A stretch of 64,000 nucleotides of DNA from an uncultured Chloroflexia bacterium (GCA_963810095.1 CAWEMM010000012.1:352001-416000); one strand, 5' to 3'. Shown: positions 35,436 through 46,023, counted from the first letter of the stretch. The notes: generated from the letters alone by a model not told the origin. Made by a program: numbers and translations.

Positions 35436-36556
35436 GCGGGTCGCTCCGTGCGGCAGTCAACCTTGACGCCGCGCTGAGCCAGGTCCGCCAACATGCGCTC
35501 GTAGCACGCCGCGTCCGCCCCGACATATTCCGGCGGGCAGATCCCCTTGCGGCCAAAGAGGCCGTCCAGGACCAGCCGGGCCGCCGCGGTGGCCGTGTAA
35601 CCGGTCGTACGGGCCATGGACGAGAAGCCGCTCTCCGCGTCGGTCGTATCGTACAGGCAGTAGGTCGTCGAGTCCGTTCCGCCCCGAATGACGACCTCCA
35701 TGATGGTGAACTCGGGCTCACCCGCCTCCAGCCGCCAGTGGGGGAACAGGAGTGCGGCGGCAAGGTCCACCGGGCGCACGTCCACACCGTTCACGCTGAC
35801 CGGTTCGGAACCCAGGAAACCGCTGTCGCGCAGGACGCGGATGAACTCGATATGGCCGGGGTAACGCAGCGTCTTCTCGGCCATATCCGGCACGTCCGGC
35901 ATGGTCACCAGCAGCGAGCGCAGACCGTCGGTGTTAAATGCTTCGAGCGTGCCCACGGGTTCCAGGTCGACGAACTCCGGCTCAGACAGCGCGGGACGGG
36001 TAACCACGCGGCCGCCTTCAACCAGGCGGGCGGGCCGGGTGTACTCTTCCAGGACGTCGACGGGGGAGAAGGGTGCCTTGTACTGCCAGGGCCAGGTGCG
36101 CCGGGCGGGCAGCCCGCCCACCAGGCAGCGGTAGCTCGCGACGCTGCCCCGCGTGGCATGGTAGCCAAGGAAGATGTTGCTGAGGCCCGGCGCAACCCCG
36201 CAATCCACGACGGCGGTGACGCCGTGCTGCTGCGCCAGCGCATCCAGATCAAACGGGTCCTCGCCGAAGAACGAGATATCCACGACGTTCTTACCGGCCT
36301 CGATCACCGTCTGCAGTGTCTGGAAGCCCATGAAGCCGGGTACCGCGCCGACGACCAGGTCGGCGTCGCGGCACGCCTGCCGGACGTCCTCCGCACGCGC
36401 CAGGTCGGCGACCTGCGTCCGCAGGCCGTAGCGCTGTCGGACAGCGGCCAGCCGGGCCGCGTCCCGATCGACCGAGAGGACCTCATGCGACGCTGCCAAA
36501 TCCACAGCCATCGCCGCACCCACCATGCCCGCGCCTAAAACGACAACTCTCGCCAT
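35432..36556 (-). CDS. Saccharopine dehydrogenase / lysine 6-dehydrogenase family protein
   Basis: VLGAGMVG, DCGVAPGLSN, VGGLP, EEYTRPAR, EKTLRYPGH. Confidence 0.9.
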   Translation of the reverse strand: MARVVVLGAGMVGAAMAVDLAASHEVLSVDRDAARLAAVRQRYGLRTQVADLARAEDVRQACRDADLVVGAVPGFMGFQTLQTVIEAGKNVVDISFFGEDPFDLDALAQQHGVTAVVDCGVAPGLSNIFLGYHATRGSVASYRCLVGGLPARRTWPWQYKAPFSPVDVLEEYTRPARLVEGGRVVTRPALSEPEFVDLEPVGTLEAFNTDGLRSLLVTMPDVPDMAEKTLRYPGHIEFIRVLRDSGFLGSEPVSVNGVDVRPVDLAAALLFPHWRLEAGEPEFTIMEVVIRGGTDSTTYCLYDTTDAESGFSSMARTTGYTATAAARLVLDGLFGRKGICPPEYVGADAACYERMLADLAQRGVKVDCRTERPA

Positions 36557-36633
36557 ATCTGCTCCCTGACAGGAAGGCTTGGCCGCGAAACCTGGTCATT
36601 TCGACAAAGAGGTTTCGGACCGTTCTCTGTGTT

Positions 36634-38031
36634 CTATTCTACCGGCTCTTCGCCGAAATCTTTCGTCCTCAGGATCGCCCACCGGAACTCTTGCTCGCCG
36701 GGTTCGTGGGGGGGCGCCTTGACCCAGACGCTGCCCGAGCCGGCCAGCGACACGTCGGGCGCGGAGATGGGACCGCGCAGGATAGGATCGTTGAGCGTCG
36801 CCATCCAGTCGCCCAGCCGGTCGCCCAACTCGTCCTTCACCACCTGGTGCCCCGGATCGTCAATCAGGTTCCGCGTCTCCCCGGGATCGTTCACCAGGTC
36901 GTACAATTCCTCCGCAGGCCGGGGCCGCGCGAAGTGCTTCACCAGCAACGCCTCGCCGTAGCGCTGGGCGACGTGGCCGCTGATGCGAACGGGCCAGCCG
37001 GGTTGGTAGTTGCGAATCAGCTTGTAGCGCCAGGTTCGCACACAGCGCATCGGGTCGTACTCGCCCCCATGCCACGACATCTGGCTAAAGATGGCGTCGC
37101 GTGTCTCCCCCCGTTCGCCCTTGAGACGCCGCAGGAACGACCCGCCCTCCACCCGGCCGGGCACTCCCAGTCCCGCCGCCTCCAGGAGCGTGGGGACCAC
37201 GTCCACGTGGCTGGTTAAGCGGGCCAGCCGGCGGCCCGCCGGGATCTGGCCCGGCCAACGGCAGAGAAACGCGGCCCTAATTCCCGGATCGTAGAGCGTC
37301 ATCTTGGCACGCGGCAGGTCGGGCCCGTGGTCTGTGGTGAAGAAGATCAGGGTGTCGTCGCTCAGCCCGAGGTCTTCCATCGCGTTGAGAATCGCAGCCA
37401 CCGCGGCATCTGCAACACGAATGTGCTCATAGAACGCAGCCAGGTCTGCACGCACGGGCGGAACGTCGGGCAAGAAGCCCGGCACTTCCAGCATCTCGGC
37501 CACGTCGTCGTCGAACTCTGTGCCGAATGGGCGGTGCACGTCGCCAAAGCCGAGCGTCAGAAAGAATGGCTTCGCGTCGTCGCGGTGGGCAGACAGCCAC
37601 GCCACGGCCTTAGCCGCGACTTCGTCGGCAGCATAACCCTGAGCCACACCGGGCTCGTCGCCGAAGACGGTGTCCGCCTCGGCGTAGGTCAGATCGTACG
37701 GGTCGCTTCGCTCGACCTGCGTCCCGATCAAGGCAGTGTGGTAGCCGCCCCGGCCCAACAGTACGGGCAAGTCCTGTTCGCCCGGACGATAGCGCCAGCC
37801 GCGGTGGGTGAGGCCGAGGATGCCGTGCGACTGAGGATAGCGGCCCGTCATGATGGAAGCGCGCGCGGCGGAGCACGAGGAAGCGGGGGCAAAGTGCTGC
37901 TCGAGAAGTGCGCCCTGGCCGGCAAGCGCGTCGAGCGCGGGGCTGTCCACGTCGGGCCGGCCGTAGCACCCGAGCCAGTCGCCCAGGTCGTGCCAGAAGA
38001 TGCCGATAATGTGCGGGCGTCCCTGCGGCAT
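36634..38031 (-). CDS. Sulfatase (formylglycine-dependent S1 family)
   Basis: HDLG, CSAARASIMTG, TDHG, KMTLYDPG, EELYDL..DP.E. Confidence 0.9.
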   Translation of the reverse strand: MPQGRPHIIGIFWHDLGDWLGCYGRPDVDSPALDALAGQGALLEQHFAPASSCSAARASIMTGRYPQSHGILGLTHRGWRYRPGEQDLPVLLGRGGYHTALIGTQVERSDPYDLTYAEADTVFGDEPGVAQGYAADEVAAKAVAWLSAHRDDAKPFFLTLGFGDVHRPFGTEFDDDVAEMLEVPGFLPDVPPVRADLAAFYEHIRVADAAVAAILNAMEDLGLSDDTLIFFTTDHGPDLPRAKMTLYDPGIRAAFLCRWPGQIPAGRRLARLTSHVDVVPTLLEAAGLGVPGRVEGGSFLRRLKGERGETRDAIFSQMSWHGGEYDPMRCVRTWRYKLIRNYQPGWPVRISGHVAQRYGEALLVKHFARPRPAEELYDLVNDPGETRNLIDDPGHQVVKDELGDRLGDWMATLNDPILRGPISAPDVSLAGSGSVWVKAPPHEPGEQEFRWAILRTKDFGEEPVE

Positions 38032-38044
38032 AGATCCCTCCACG

Positions 38045-38079
38045 AAGAAACCGGGTTTCTGCCAGAAGCCCGGTTTCTT
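38045..38079. repeat. AGAAACCGGGTTTCT palindromic REP-like element
   Basis: AAGAAACCGGGTTTCTGCCAGAAGCCCGGTTTCTT. Confidence 0.75.
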
Positions 38080-38108
38080 AGCGCAGAAGAGGCCGGCTTC
38101 TGCCTGGC

Positions 38109-38549
38109 TCAGTCCAGCGCGTCGACCTTATCCACACGCCGCTTGAAACGCTCGCCCCCGTCAAACTCGGCGGCCAGGAAAGCACGGACGAGCACCTTCG
38201 CCAGTTCGGGGCCGATGATGCGGCCGCCGAGGCAAAGCACATTCATGTTGTCGTGTACGACGCCCTGCCCCGCGGAGTACGTGTCGTGGCACAGGCAGGC
38301 GCGTATGCCCTTCAGCTTATTGGCCGCCATCGTGACGCCGACCCCGCTGCCGCACACCGCAATCCCGCGCTCGGCCCGTCCGTCCTGCACGGCGTTCCCG
38401 ACAAGCAGGGCAAAGTCGGGGTAATCATCGCTCGGGTCGAGATCGTACGCACCCAAGTCGAGCACCTCGTGGCCCAGCTCGGCAATGGCTCGGCCGATGC
38501 TTTCCCGCAACGCCAGCCCACCGTGATCCGTGCCGAATGCGACGCGCAT
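38109..38549 (-). CDS. rpiB: Ribose-5-phosphate isomerase B
   Basis: DHGG, DYPD, CGSGVG, ANK..GIRA. Confidence 0.93.
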   Translation of the reverse strand: MRVAFGTDHGGLALRESIGRAIAELGHEVLDLGAYDLDPSDDYPDFALLVGNAVQDGRAERGIAVCGSGVGVTMAANKLKGIRACLCHDTYSAGQGVVHDNMNVLCLGGRIIGPELAKVLVRAFLAAEFDGGERFKRRVDKVDALD

Positions 38550-38576
38550 GTGCCCTCCGTGTCGTCCTGCTGACGC

Positions 38577-39161
38577 TCAGCCCTGGCCCACCTGGTGCGC
38601 CAGGATGATCGCTTCGGCCACATCCTTCATCGGCTTGCGGTTATCCATGCTCATCTTCTGGATCTTGCGGAAGGCTTCGGCCTCGGTCAGGCCCTGCTTG
38701 TCCATCAAGATGCCTTTCGCCCGGTCGACCAGCTTACGCGTCTCGAGCGCTTCTTGCAGGTCGGACACCTGTTTCTGCAGATCCTTGAACTCCGCAAAAC
38801 GGGCCAGGGCGACTTCGATCGCGGGGTTCAGCTCTTCCTCGCGGTACGGCTTCACCAGGTAGGCGACGACCCCCGCTTCGCGCGCACGTTGGACGAGCTC
38901 GCGCTGGCTGTAGGCGCTCAGCAGCACCACGGGTGCGATACGCTCTTCGGTCAGCACCTTCGCAGCCTCAATCCCGTCCATGTCCGGCATGCGGATGTCC
39001 ATGATCACCACGTCGGGACGGAGTTCGCGGGCCTGGTTGACCGCGCTCCGGCCGTCGGCGACCTCACCGACGACCAAATAGCCAAGGTTGGTGAGCATTT
39101 CCCGTAGATCCATTCGGATCAGGGATTCATCGTCCGCGATGATGACTCGTGTGCGCTCCAT
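38577..39161 (-). CDS. REC-ANTAR response regulator (PdtaR/EutV-like RNA antiterminator)
   Basis: IADDE, DIRMP, KPY. ANTAR domain RKLVDRAKGILM...EAEAFRKIQKMSMD. Confidence 0.95.
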   Translation of the reverse strand: MERTRVIIADDESLIRMDLREMLTNLGYLVVGEVADGRSAVNQARELRPDVVIMDIRMPDMDGIEAAKVLTEERIAPVVLLSAYSQRELVQRAREAGVVAYLVKPYREEELNPAIEVALARFAEFKDLQKQVSDLQEALETRKLVDRAKGILMDKQGLTEAEAFRKIQKMSMDNRKPMKDVAEAIILAHQVGQG

Positions 39162-39227
39162 GTTGCCTCCTGGTTGGCTTACCGTTGCCGGCCTCAAGAT
39201 CGAAGATCCGAATAATAAATACGCTGG

Positions 39228-40718
39228 TTAAGGCTGCCGCGGGGTCGCCGGGACACCCGCCGCAGTCATGATTACGGCCTTGGGAAAGATGACAGTTGCG
39301 ACGACGCCCCGGTCGATGTCGTTCTCCAGGCGAATCTCGCCTCGGAGGTCAGACTGCACCAGGCTGCGGACGATTTGCAGCCCGAGGCTGGTGCTCGCCG
39401 CGATGTCGAAATCGTCGGACAACGGTTCCCCATCGTCGCACACCTCAAGCTTAACGCTGTCGCCGCCATCCGTCAAGACCAGCTTGATCTGCCCTTTCTC
39501 CCGGTGCTCATAACCGTGTTCGAGGGCGTTTTGCACCAGTTCGTTGATCACGAGTGCCGAGGCAGTTGCCTGCGTGCTGGGAAGGTAGATGGCCGGACCT
39601 TCAATCAGAAATTCTACCTGCTGCCCGGGCGGCATCAACTGCCGCGTCTGCGTTACGATCCGCTGGCAGATGTCGCGCACGTTGATCGACTGGCTTTCAT
39701 CCAGAGACAGGAACTCATGGATAACGGCCACGCTGAGGATGCGCGAGATCGCCTCGGTCAGCGCCTGCCTGGTCTCCACCTCTTGCGCCCGCCGCTGCTG
39801 CATCCGCAGCACAGCCGCCACGTTTTGCAGGTTGTTCTTGACCCGGTGGTGCACTTCCTGGATCATAGTCGACTTGACCTCGAGCTCCGCCTTCTTGCGG
39901 CGTTCTTCGGTCGCATCGTGGATCATGATCAGGACGCCGCCCACATCGCCCGGCGCCCGCCGCGACAGGAAGCGCTGCAGCGTGCCCCTAAAGGTGACCG
40001 GGGGCCAGATGCAGATAGCCTTACGCACCCACTCAAACTCGCCCGACTTGAACTCCTGCTCGACGCCCTGGCGGGTCTGCATGGCGGTGATGGCCAATAC
40101 GTCGTCGCGGGTGTGCAGGTAGTTTAGGGGGCGCCCGCGCAGGTCTTCCGCATAGCCCAGCCGGCGATAGAGGTTGCCCGCAATGCCGCTCAGATAGGTG
40201 ATCCGCAGCTCCGGATCTACCAGCATGATGCCATCCATTTCCTGGAATGGCGATAACCCGGCAGCGCCGGTGAGCTCGCCCAGCACGCACATCGCCTTCA
40301 GCCAGTCGATGGCCTGCTGGAAGGTCTTGTGGCGGTGACGGTGGCGCTCGACCTGGATCAAGCTGGTGCGGATGCTGAGCAGCCCGAGCAGGTCGCCGCC
40401 TTCGTCAAAGACGGGGCGAACATCCTCCTCCACGGGGGCGCCGCTGGGCAGGTCTGCGTGAGAGTGGACGATGCGCCGGTGCCGGAGGGCTTCGAAAACG
40501 AGCGGGGCCTCGCGGGCTGAAAATGAGTGACCGACGAGGTCTTCCGTGTGAACAGGGGAAATCGAACGGGGCCGGGCCTGGGCAACGACCCGCACCTGGT
40601 GTGCGCTCAGCGGGCGCAGCAGGAGGAGGTCCGACCTGCTCAGGTCGGCCGTAAGGGGCATGCCCAGTTCCACATCTCGAAGACGGCTGCTGGGCGCCGA
40701 AACAGACGCAACGCTCAT
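39228..40718 (-). CDS. Soluble histidine kinase, HisKA_2 type (PdtaS/EutW-like)
   Basis: N-terminal GAF-like ADLS.SDLLL region, PAS-like region, EVHHRVKNNLQ, NELVQNALEHG, SLGLQIV. Confidence 0.92.
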   Translation of the reverse strand: MSVASVSAPSSRLRDVELGMPLTADLSRSDLLLLRPLSAHQVRVVAQARPRSISPVHTEDLVGHSFSAREAPLVFEALRHRRIVHSHADLPSGAPVEEDVRPVFDEGGDLLGLLSIRTSLIQVERHRHRHKTFQQAIDWLKAMCVLGELTGAAGLSPFQEMDGIMLVDPELRITYLSGIAGNLYRRLGYAEDLRGRPLNYLHTRDDVLAITAMQTRQGVEQEFKSGEFEWVRKAICIWPPVTFRGTLQRFLSRRAPGDVGGVLIMIHDATEERRKKAELEVKSTMIQEVHHRVKNNLQNVAAVLRMQQRRAQEVETRQALTEAISRILSVAVIHEFLSLDESQSINVRDICQRIVTQTRQLMPPGQQVEFLIEGPAIYLPSTQATASALVINELVQNALEHGYEHREKGQIKLVLTDGGDSVKLEVCDDGEPLSDDFDIAASTSLGLQIVRSLVQSDLRGEIRLENDIDRGVVATVIFPKAVIMTAAGVPATPRQP

Positions 40719-40763
40719 GGTTGTGCCTTGCGCTTACTGATGCGCCAAAGCGCACACAACTGG

Positions 40764-40826
40764 CAAAAAGGAAGGGGTGGGAGCGTCCTCCGGACGAACG
40801 TCCTCCGGACAATACCCCACCCCTCC
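40764..40826 (-). terminator. Intrinsic terminator downstream of tRNA-Pro
   Basis: On the minus strand, GGAGGGGTGGG...CCCACCCCTTCC followed by TTTTT. Confidence 0.7.
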
Positions 40827-40833
40827 ACGGTTA

Positions 40834-40909
<76 letters not shown>

Positions 40910-41063
40910 ACGTAGGATGGATTATAGCCTCACGTCCGCCCTGACGCAAATATCGGGCGGGCGTGATGAGGAAGTGGCCGCAGAGGGAACTGATGGGACC
41001 CGATTTACCGTGATGTCTGACTATCTGCTAAGATCACGGGCATCCGTTCAACCAGGTGCCATT

Positions 41064-41990
41064 GTGCGTCAAGCATCGCGAACATCTATCTGGACCGCGC
41101 TGATTGCGGTCTACATCATCTGGGGATCGACCTACCTGGCGATCAGGTTCGTCGTCGAGACGATGCCGCCGTTCCTCTCGTCAGGCGTGCGTTTTATCAT
41201 CGCGGGCGGCGTGCTCTTCGCGTTCCGGCGCCTGCGCGGCGATCCCGCACCGATTCGACTGCAGTGGCGCTCGGCGGCCATCATCGGCCTGCTGCTGCTC
41301 ACGGGCGGCAACGGCGCAGTGGTCTGGTCCGAGCAACACATCGCTTCGGGGCTGGTTGCGCTGATGATCGCCACCACGCCGCTGTGGATCGTCCTCCTGG
41401 ATTACCTGCGCCCCTGGCGCCTGTGGGGCACGGAGTCACGTTTTCCGCGACCCCGGCCCCGAGCATTGCTGGGCGTCGTCATTGGCTTTGTCGGCGTCGT
41501 GTTCCTCATCCTGTCGGGCGGACCCATTGCCGGCAGCATCCCGCCTGCAGCCGGCGCGGTCGTGATTCTTGGCACCTTCTTCTGGGCATGCGGCTCGCTG
41601 TATGGCCGCGGGGCGCAGCTGCCGCGCTCGCCCCTGCTCGGCACGGGCATGGAGATGCTGGTAGGTGGGCTCGGTCTGCTCACCCTGGGCACCCTCAGCG
41701 GCGAGTGGGCTCGGCTCGATCCATCGGCCATTACGACCAAGTCGGTCGTTGCCCTGCTCTACCTGGTCGTCGTCGGCTCGTGGGGCGGCTATGGCTCCTA
41801 CGTCTGGCTGCTACGCAACGCGCCCACCCCGCTGGTTGCCACGTACGCTTATGTCAATCCGCTCGTCGCCCTGTCCCTTGGCGCATTGCTGGCCGGCGAG
41901 CCGCTCACGCCCCAGGTGCTGGTGGCGGCCGCCATCATCATCGGTGCCGTCGTGCTGACGACGAGCTCACGCGCGCCGAAGACGGGTTAA
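41064..41990 (+). CDS. EamA/DMT family transporter (YedA-like)
   Basis: VYIIWGSTYLAIR, RFIIAG, YAYVNP. Confidence 0.92.
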   Translation: MRQASRTSIWTALIAVYIIWGSTYLAIRFVVETMPPFLSSGVRFIIAGGVLFAFRRLRGDPAPIRLQWRSAAIIGLLLLTGGNGAVVWSEQHIASGLVALMIATTPLWIVLLDYLRPWRLWGTESRFPRPRPRALLGVVIGFVGVVFLILSGGPIAGSIPPAAGAVVILGTFFWACGSLYGRGAQLPRSPLLGTGMEMLVGGLGLLTLGTLSGEWARLDPSAITTKSVVALLYLVVVGSWGGYGSYVWLLRNAPTPLVATYAYVNPLVALSLGALLAGEPLTPQVLVAAAIIIGAVVLTTSSRAPKTG

Positions 41991-42062
41991 CCACAAAGCC
42001 ACGACGCCACGAAGGTTCACAAAGACTTCGTGCACCGGCGTATCTTTGCCTCTCGGTGGTAA
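41987..42062. repeat. CACAAAGA-type palindromic element starting at the EamA stop codon
   Basis: TTAACCACAAAGCCACGACGCCACGAAG...CTTTGCCTCTCGGTGGTAA. Confidence 0.75.
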
Positions 42063-42067
42063 AAGGG

Positions 42068-42994
42068 CTACCCCAACCGGCTCCCGACAAACCCTCGCGC
42101 ACCCGCCAGGAATGCGGCGATCGGAGCGGGCTTCTTGCCCGCCAATTGCAGCTCGTCAAGCCACAGGATGCCCGCCCCCGTCACCACGCCGGCCGCGCCC
42201 TTGGCTTCTCCAACGACCGTTCCCGGCTCGCCCTCGCCGCCTCCGACGTGGCCGCGCAGGATCTTCAGCATCTGGCCGTTCCAGGTTGTGTGGGCCGAGG
42301 GCCAGGGCTGGTACGCCCGCACCCGCCGTTCGATCACTTCGGCGGGCTCGCTCCAGTCGATGCGGCCCTGCTCCTTGGCGATCCGCGGCGCATAAGTTGC
42401 GCCTGCTTCGGGCTGAGGTACGGGGGGGAGGGTTCCGGCCAGCCAGCCGGGGAGCGTGCGGACCAGCAGATCGGCGCCCAGCCCCGCCAGCTTTTCGGTA
42501 AGGCTGCCGGTCGTGTCGACGGGCTCGATGGGAATGCTTTCCTTGCCTAACATCGGCCCGGTATCCACGCCTGCATCCATCTTCATGATGGTGATGCCTG
42601 CCTCTGCGTCGCCCGCCAGGATCGCAGCCGCGATGGGCGCCGCGCCGCGATGTCGTGGCAGCAGCGAGCCGTGTACGTTCACGCAGCCGTAGGGCGGGAG
42701 GTCAAGCACGGGCTGCGGCAGGATCAGGCCGTAAGCCGCGACCACAAGCACGTCGGGCGAGAAGCCGGCGAGCGTCACGTGCGCCGCGGCGGGGCGCAGC
42801 GAACGCGGCTGCTCGACGTGCAAACCCTGCCCCACGGCAAACTGCTTGACGGGAGACGGTTCGAGCCGTTGGCCGCGGCCGGCCGGCTGATCCTCGCGGG
42901 TGTAAACGGCCGCGACCTCGTAGCCGGCCGCCAGCAGCGCTCGCAGCGAAGGAACGGCAAACGCCGGTGTACCCATAAAAACGAGCCTCGTCAC
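42068..42994 (-). CDS. fmt: Methionyl-tRNA formyltransferase
   Basis: VFMGTPAFA, AYGLILP, NVHGSLLPRHRGAAPI, MDAGVDTG. Confidence 0.96.
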   Translation of the reverse strand: MTRLVFMGTPAFAVPSLRALLAAGYEVAAVYTREDQPAGRGQRLEPSPVKQFAVGQGLHVEQPRSLRPAAAHVTLAGFSPDVLVVAAYGLILPQPVLDLPPYGCVNVHGSLLPRHRGAAPIAAAILAGDAEAGITIMKMDAGVDTGPMLGKESIPIEPVDTTGSLTEKLAGLGADLLVRTLPGWLAGTLPPVPQPEAGATYAPRIAKEQGRIDWSEPAEVIERRVRAYQPWPSAHTTWNGQMLKILRGHVGGGEGEPGTVVGEAKGAAGVVTGAGILWLDELQLAGKKPAPIAAFLAGARGFVGSRLG

Positions 42995-43071
42995 ATGCAC
43001 CTCCATCGCCGTCAATCATACTCGATAATTCCCGTTTGGCTGAGGCCACGTCCGGGGCTATAATGCCCGCC

Positions 43072-44853
43072 ATGCCACCGACCACAAAGCGCTGGGAAGT
43101 CTGCTCGAAGTGTCCGCCCGATGTTTCTGCCGCGCTTTCACATCTCCACCCGCTGCTGATCCAGGCGCTCTACAATCGGGGTGTCTTCGGCCCCGACGAG
43201 GTCAAGGCTTTCCTCGAGCCGCCCGCCGAGTTGCGCGATCCTTTTGGCCTGAAGGGCATGCACGCGGCCGTTCGCCGCATCCGGGAAGCAATCAAGGCCG
43301 GGGAACTGATCGTTGTCTACGGCGACTTCGACGCCGACGGAGTCACGTCGACCGCACTGCTCGTGCAGGCGCTGACCGCGCTCGGTGCCCGGGCCGAACC
43401 CTATATCCCCCACCGCATCGACGAAGGCTACGGCCTGCACTGCGACTCGCTGGATCGGGTTGCCGCGCTGGGGGCAAAGCTGGTGGTGACCGTCGACTGC
43501 GGAATCCGGTCGAGCCCCGAGGTGGCGTACGCCCAGTCGGTGCTCGGCCTGGACGTGATCGTGAGCGACCATCACTCCGTCCAGCGCGACGCAGCCGGCT
43601 TCGACGTGCTGCCGCCCGCGCTCGCGGTGATCAACCCAAAGCAGCAAGGGGACGAGTACCCGTTCAAGGATCTCGCCGGCGTCGGTCTGGCATTCAAGCT
43701 GGCCCAGGCCCTGTATCGCGCCAACCAGGCCGACCCGCTCGTCTCAAACCCCTCGATCCGCACCGGCGACCTGCTCGACCTGGTGGCGCTGGGCACAGTG
43801 GCCGACATTGCGCCGCTGCTGGGCGAGAACCGGCTGCTGGTGCGTCGCGGGCTGCTGCACCTCAATGGGACTGTCGAGCGCCGGGGCGACGTCGACAGCC
43901 GGCTGGTCCATCTCGGCCCGCGGCGGCCCGGCCTGCGCGCGCTGTTCGGCGAGGCCGACCTGCATCCCGGCAAGGTGACCGCCCAGACTATTGGCTTCGT
44001 CATCGGTCCGCGACTCAACGCAGCAGGCCGGCTCGAGAGCGCCTCGCTCGCATACGACCTGCTCAACGCACCGTCGGAGGCCGCGGCCCGCGACCGGGCG
44101 TACGAGCTGGGGCATCTCAACCGCGAGCGCCAGGACCTCACGCGGAGCATGGTCGAGCAGGCAAAGGCGCGCCTCGGCGCCGAAGACGAAGGCCGCTATC
44201 TCTGCTTCATCTCCGATCCCAGCTTCCGGCCGGGCGTGGTGGGCCTGGTCGCGGGCCGGCTGACCGAGGAACTCTACCTCCCCGCCGTCGTAGCCCACGA
44301 GGGGGAGTTGGAGACGAGGGCCTCGTGCCGCAGCATCCCGGAGTTCAATATCACCGAGGCGCTGGACGAGTGCCGCGAGCTGATGGTGCGTCACGGCGGG
44401 CACGCGGCCGCGGCCGGGTTTACGGTCAAGAACGAGAACGTGCCCGAGCTGCGCCGGCGGCTGGAGGCCATCGCCGCGGAGAAGCTCAGCCGGCTCGACC
44501 TGGCGCCGGTGGTGCGGATTGATGCGGAACTCGAGTTGAGCGACCTGGACTACGCCGTGTGCACCCGGCTGGGCGAGCTGGAGCCTCACGGCGAAGCAAA
44601 TCCACAGCCGGTGTTCGTGTCGCACGACGTGCGGGTCGTTGCCGATTCGGTTCGCACGGTCGGGCATGAGGGACAGCACCTCAAGTTCCGCGCATACGGC
44701 CGGGGTTCGACCAGCGAATGGGACGCCATCGCCTTTCGGATGGGCGAGCTCGCCGGCGGGCTGACGGGCCGGGTCGACCTGGCATACTGCGTCGAAATGA
44801 ATGACTACAGCGGCCGGCCGCAGTTGGTTGTGAAAGACCTGCGAGCCGCCTGA
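43072..44853 (+). CDS. recJ: ssDNA-specific exonuclease RecJ
   Basis: YGDFDADG, TVDCGI, DHH, GTVAD, PRLNAAGR, GGHAAAAG. Confidence 0.96.
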   Translation: MPPTTKRWEVCSKCPPDVSAALSHLHPLLIQALYNRGVFGPDEVKAFLEPPAELRDPFGLKGMHAAVRRIREAIKAGELIVVYGDFDADGVTSTALLVQALTALGARAEPYIPHRIDEGYGLHCDSLDRVAALGAKLVVTVDCGIRSSPEVAYAQSVLGLDVIVSDHHSVQRDAAGFDVLPPALAVINPKQQGDEYPFKDLAGVGLAFKLAQALYRANQADPLVSNPSIRTGDLLDLVALGTVADIAPLLGENRLLVRRGLLHLNGTVERRGDVDSRLVHLGPRRPGLRALFGEADLHPGKVTAQTIGFVIGPRLNAAGRLESASLAYDLLNAPSEAAARDRAYELGHLNRERQDLTRSMVEQAKARLGAEDEGRYLCFISDPSFRPGVVGLVAGRLTEELYLPAVVAHEGELETRASCRSIPEFNITEALDECRELMVRHGGHAAAAGFTVKNENVPELRRRLEAIAAEKLSRLDLAPVVRIDAELELSDLDYAVCTRLGELEPHGEANPQPVFVSHDVRVVADSVRTVGHEGQHLKFRAYGRGSTSEWDAIAFRMGELAGGLTGRVDLAYCVEMNDYSGRPQLVVKDLRAA

Positions 44854-44975
44854 GACTGGCTTGCCACAGCGCGCACCGAGAAGCAGCGGCTCGTTTGCGA
44901 GGATGAGAGTCTGGCACCCTCGCCAAAACCTCTGATCCCTCTGCGATCTCTGTGGCGGAAAGATGAAGCACCGAA

Positions 44976-45233
44976 GTGACACAAGCATCGAGGTGGGCGC
45001 GCACGCCCGTGGCGCTGCGGGTAGGGGCCATCTTTGCCGCGGCCGGCATCGTCCTGGCCGTGATCGGGATTGCGAAGGGCACGGTGCCGGCGAACCCGCT
45101 CTCTATCTTCCTCGCGCTCCTGATCTCGGGCGGCAGTTGGGGCGTGGTGGCGTGGGCGGTCACGACCGCGATCGTCGACGTGGAGCGCGCCACGGGCGAG
45201 GACGACGAGGAAACCAAAGATGTCGCTGCATGA
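44976..45233 (+). CDS. Small two-TM membrane protein
   Basis: Two hydrophobic segments and an acidic tail. It overlaps the start of the next gene. Confidence 0.65.
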   Translation: MTQASRWARTPVALRVGAIFAAAGIVLAVIGIAKGTVPANPLSIFLALLISGGSWGVVAWAVTTAIVDVERATGEDDEETKDVAA

Positions 45234-46023
45234 CCTACGCGACGCCCGTGCATTTATCTTCGACATGGACGGGGTGCTGTACCGGGGCAAACAGGTGCTG
45301 CCGGGTGCCGTCGAATTCATCGCAGCCCTGCGCCGTGCACAGGTCCCATTCCTCTTCCTCACCAACAACGGGACGACGCCGGCCGCAGACGTCGCGGAGC
45401 GCCTGGTGGGCATGCGCATCGAGGCGAGCGCGGAACAAATCCTGACCTCGGCCGACGCGACCGCCGCGCACCTGGCCCACCAGCGGCCGGGCTGCCGCGT
45501 CCTGGTCGTGGGCGAACGCGGTATACGCACCGCGTTGACAGCGGCCGGTTTCACCCTTGCGACGGACCATCGGGAGGCCGATGCGGTCGTGGTGGGCCTG
45601 GATCGCGAGGCGGATTACGCCCGGCTCAAGGAAGCCAGCCTCGCGGTCCAGGCCGGCGCGCTGTTCCTCGCCACCAACCGTGACGCGAACATGCCGACCG
45701 AAGAAGGGCTGGTTCCGGGAGCGGGAGCGTTCGTCGGCATGGTCGAGATCGCCAGCGGAGGCCAGGCGTTGGCCGTTGGGAAGCCCTCGGCGGGCATCTT
45801 CCATCAGGCTTTAGCGCGCCTGGGTGCGGCCCCCGAAACGACCGCCTGCGTGGGCGACCGCCCGGACACCGACATCGTGGGGGGCCAGAATGCCGGCTGC
45901 CCGACAGTCGCGGTGCTGACAGGGGTGGGCACGCGCGAGGATTTCGCCACTATGTCTCCCCCGCCCGACTGGATCTTCGACGACCTCTGCGGCCTTCATC
46001 AGGCCTATTTCGGCGAGAAGTAA
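45220..46023 (+). CDS. HAD-IIA hydrolase (NagD family)
   Basis: FDMDGVLY, LTNN, GKP, VGDRPDTDI. Confidence 0.93.
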   Translation: MSLHDLRDARAFIFDMDGVLYRGKQVLPGAVEFIAALRRAQVPFLFLTNNGTTPAADVAERLVGMRIEASAEQILTSADATAAHLAHQRPGCRVLVVGERGIRTALTAAGFTLATDHREADAVVVGLDREADYARLKEASLAVQAGALFLATNRDANMPTEEGLVPGAGAFVGMVEIASGGQALAVGKPSAGIFHQALARLGAAPETTACVGDRPDTDIVGGQNAGCPTVAVLTGVGTREDFATMSPPPDWIFDDLCGLHQAYFGEK

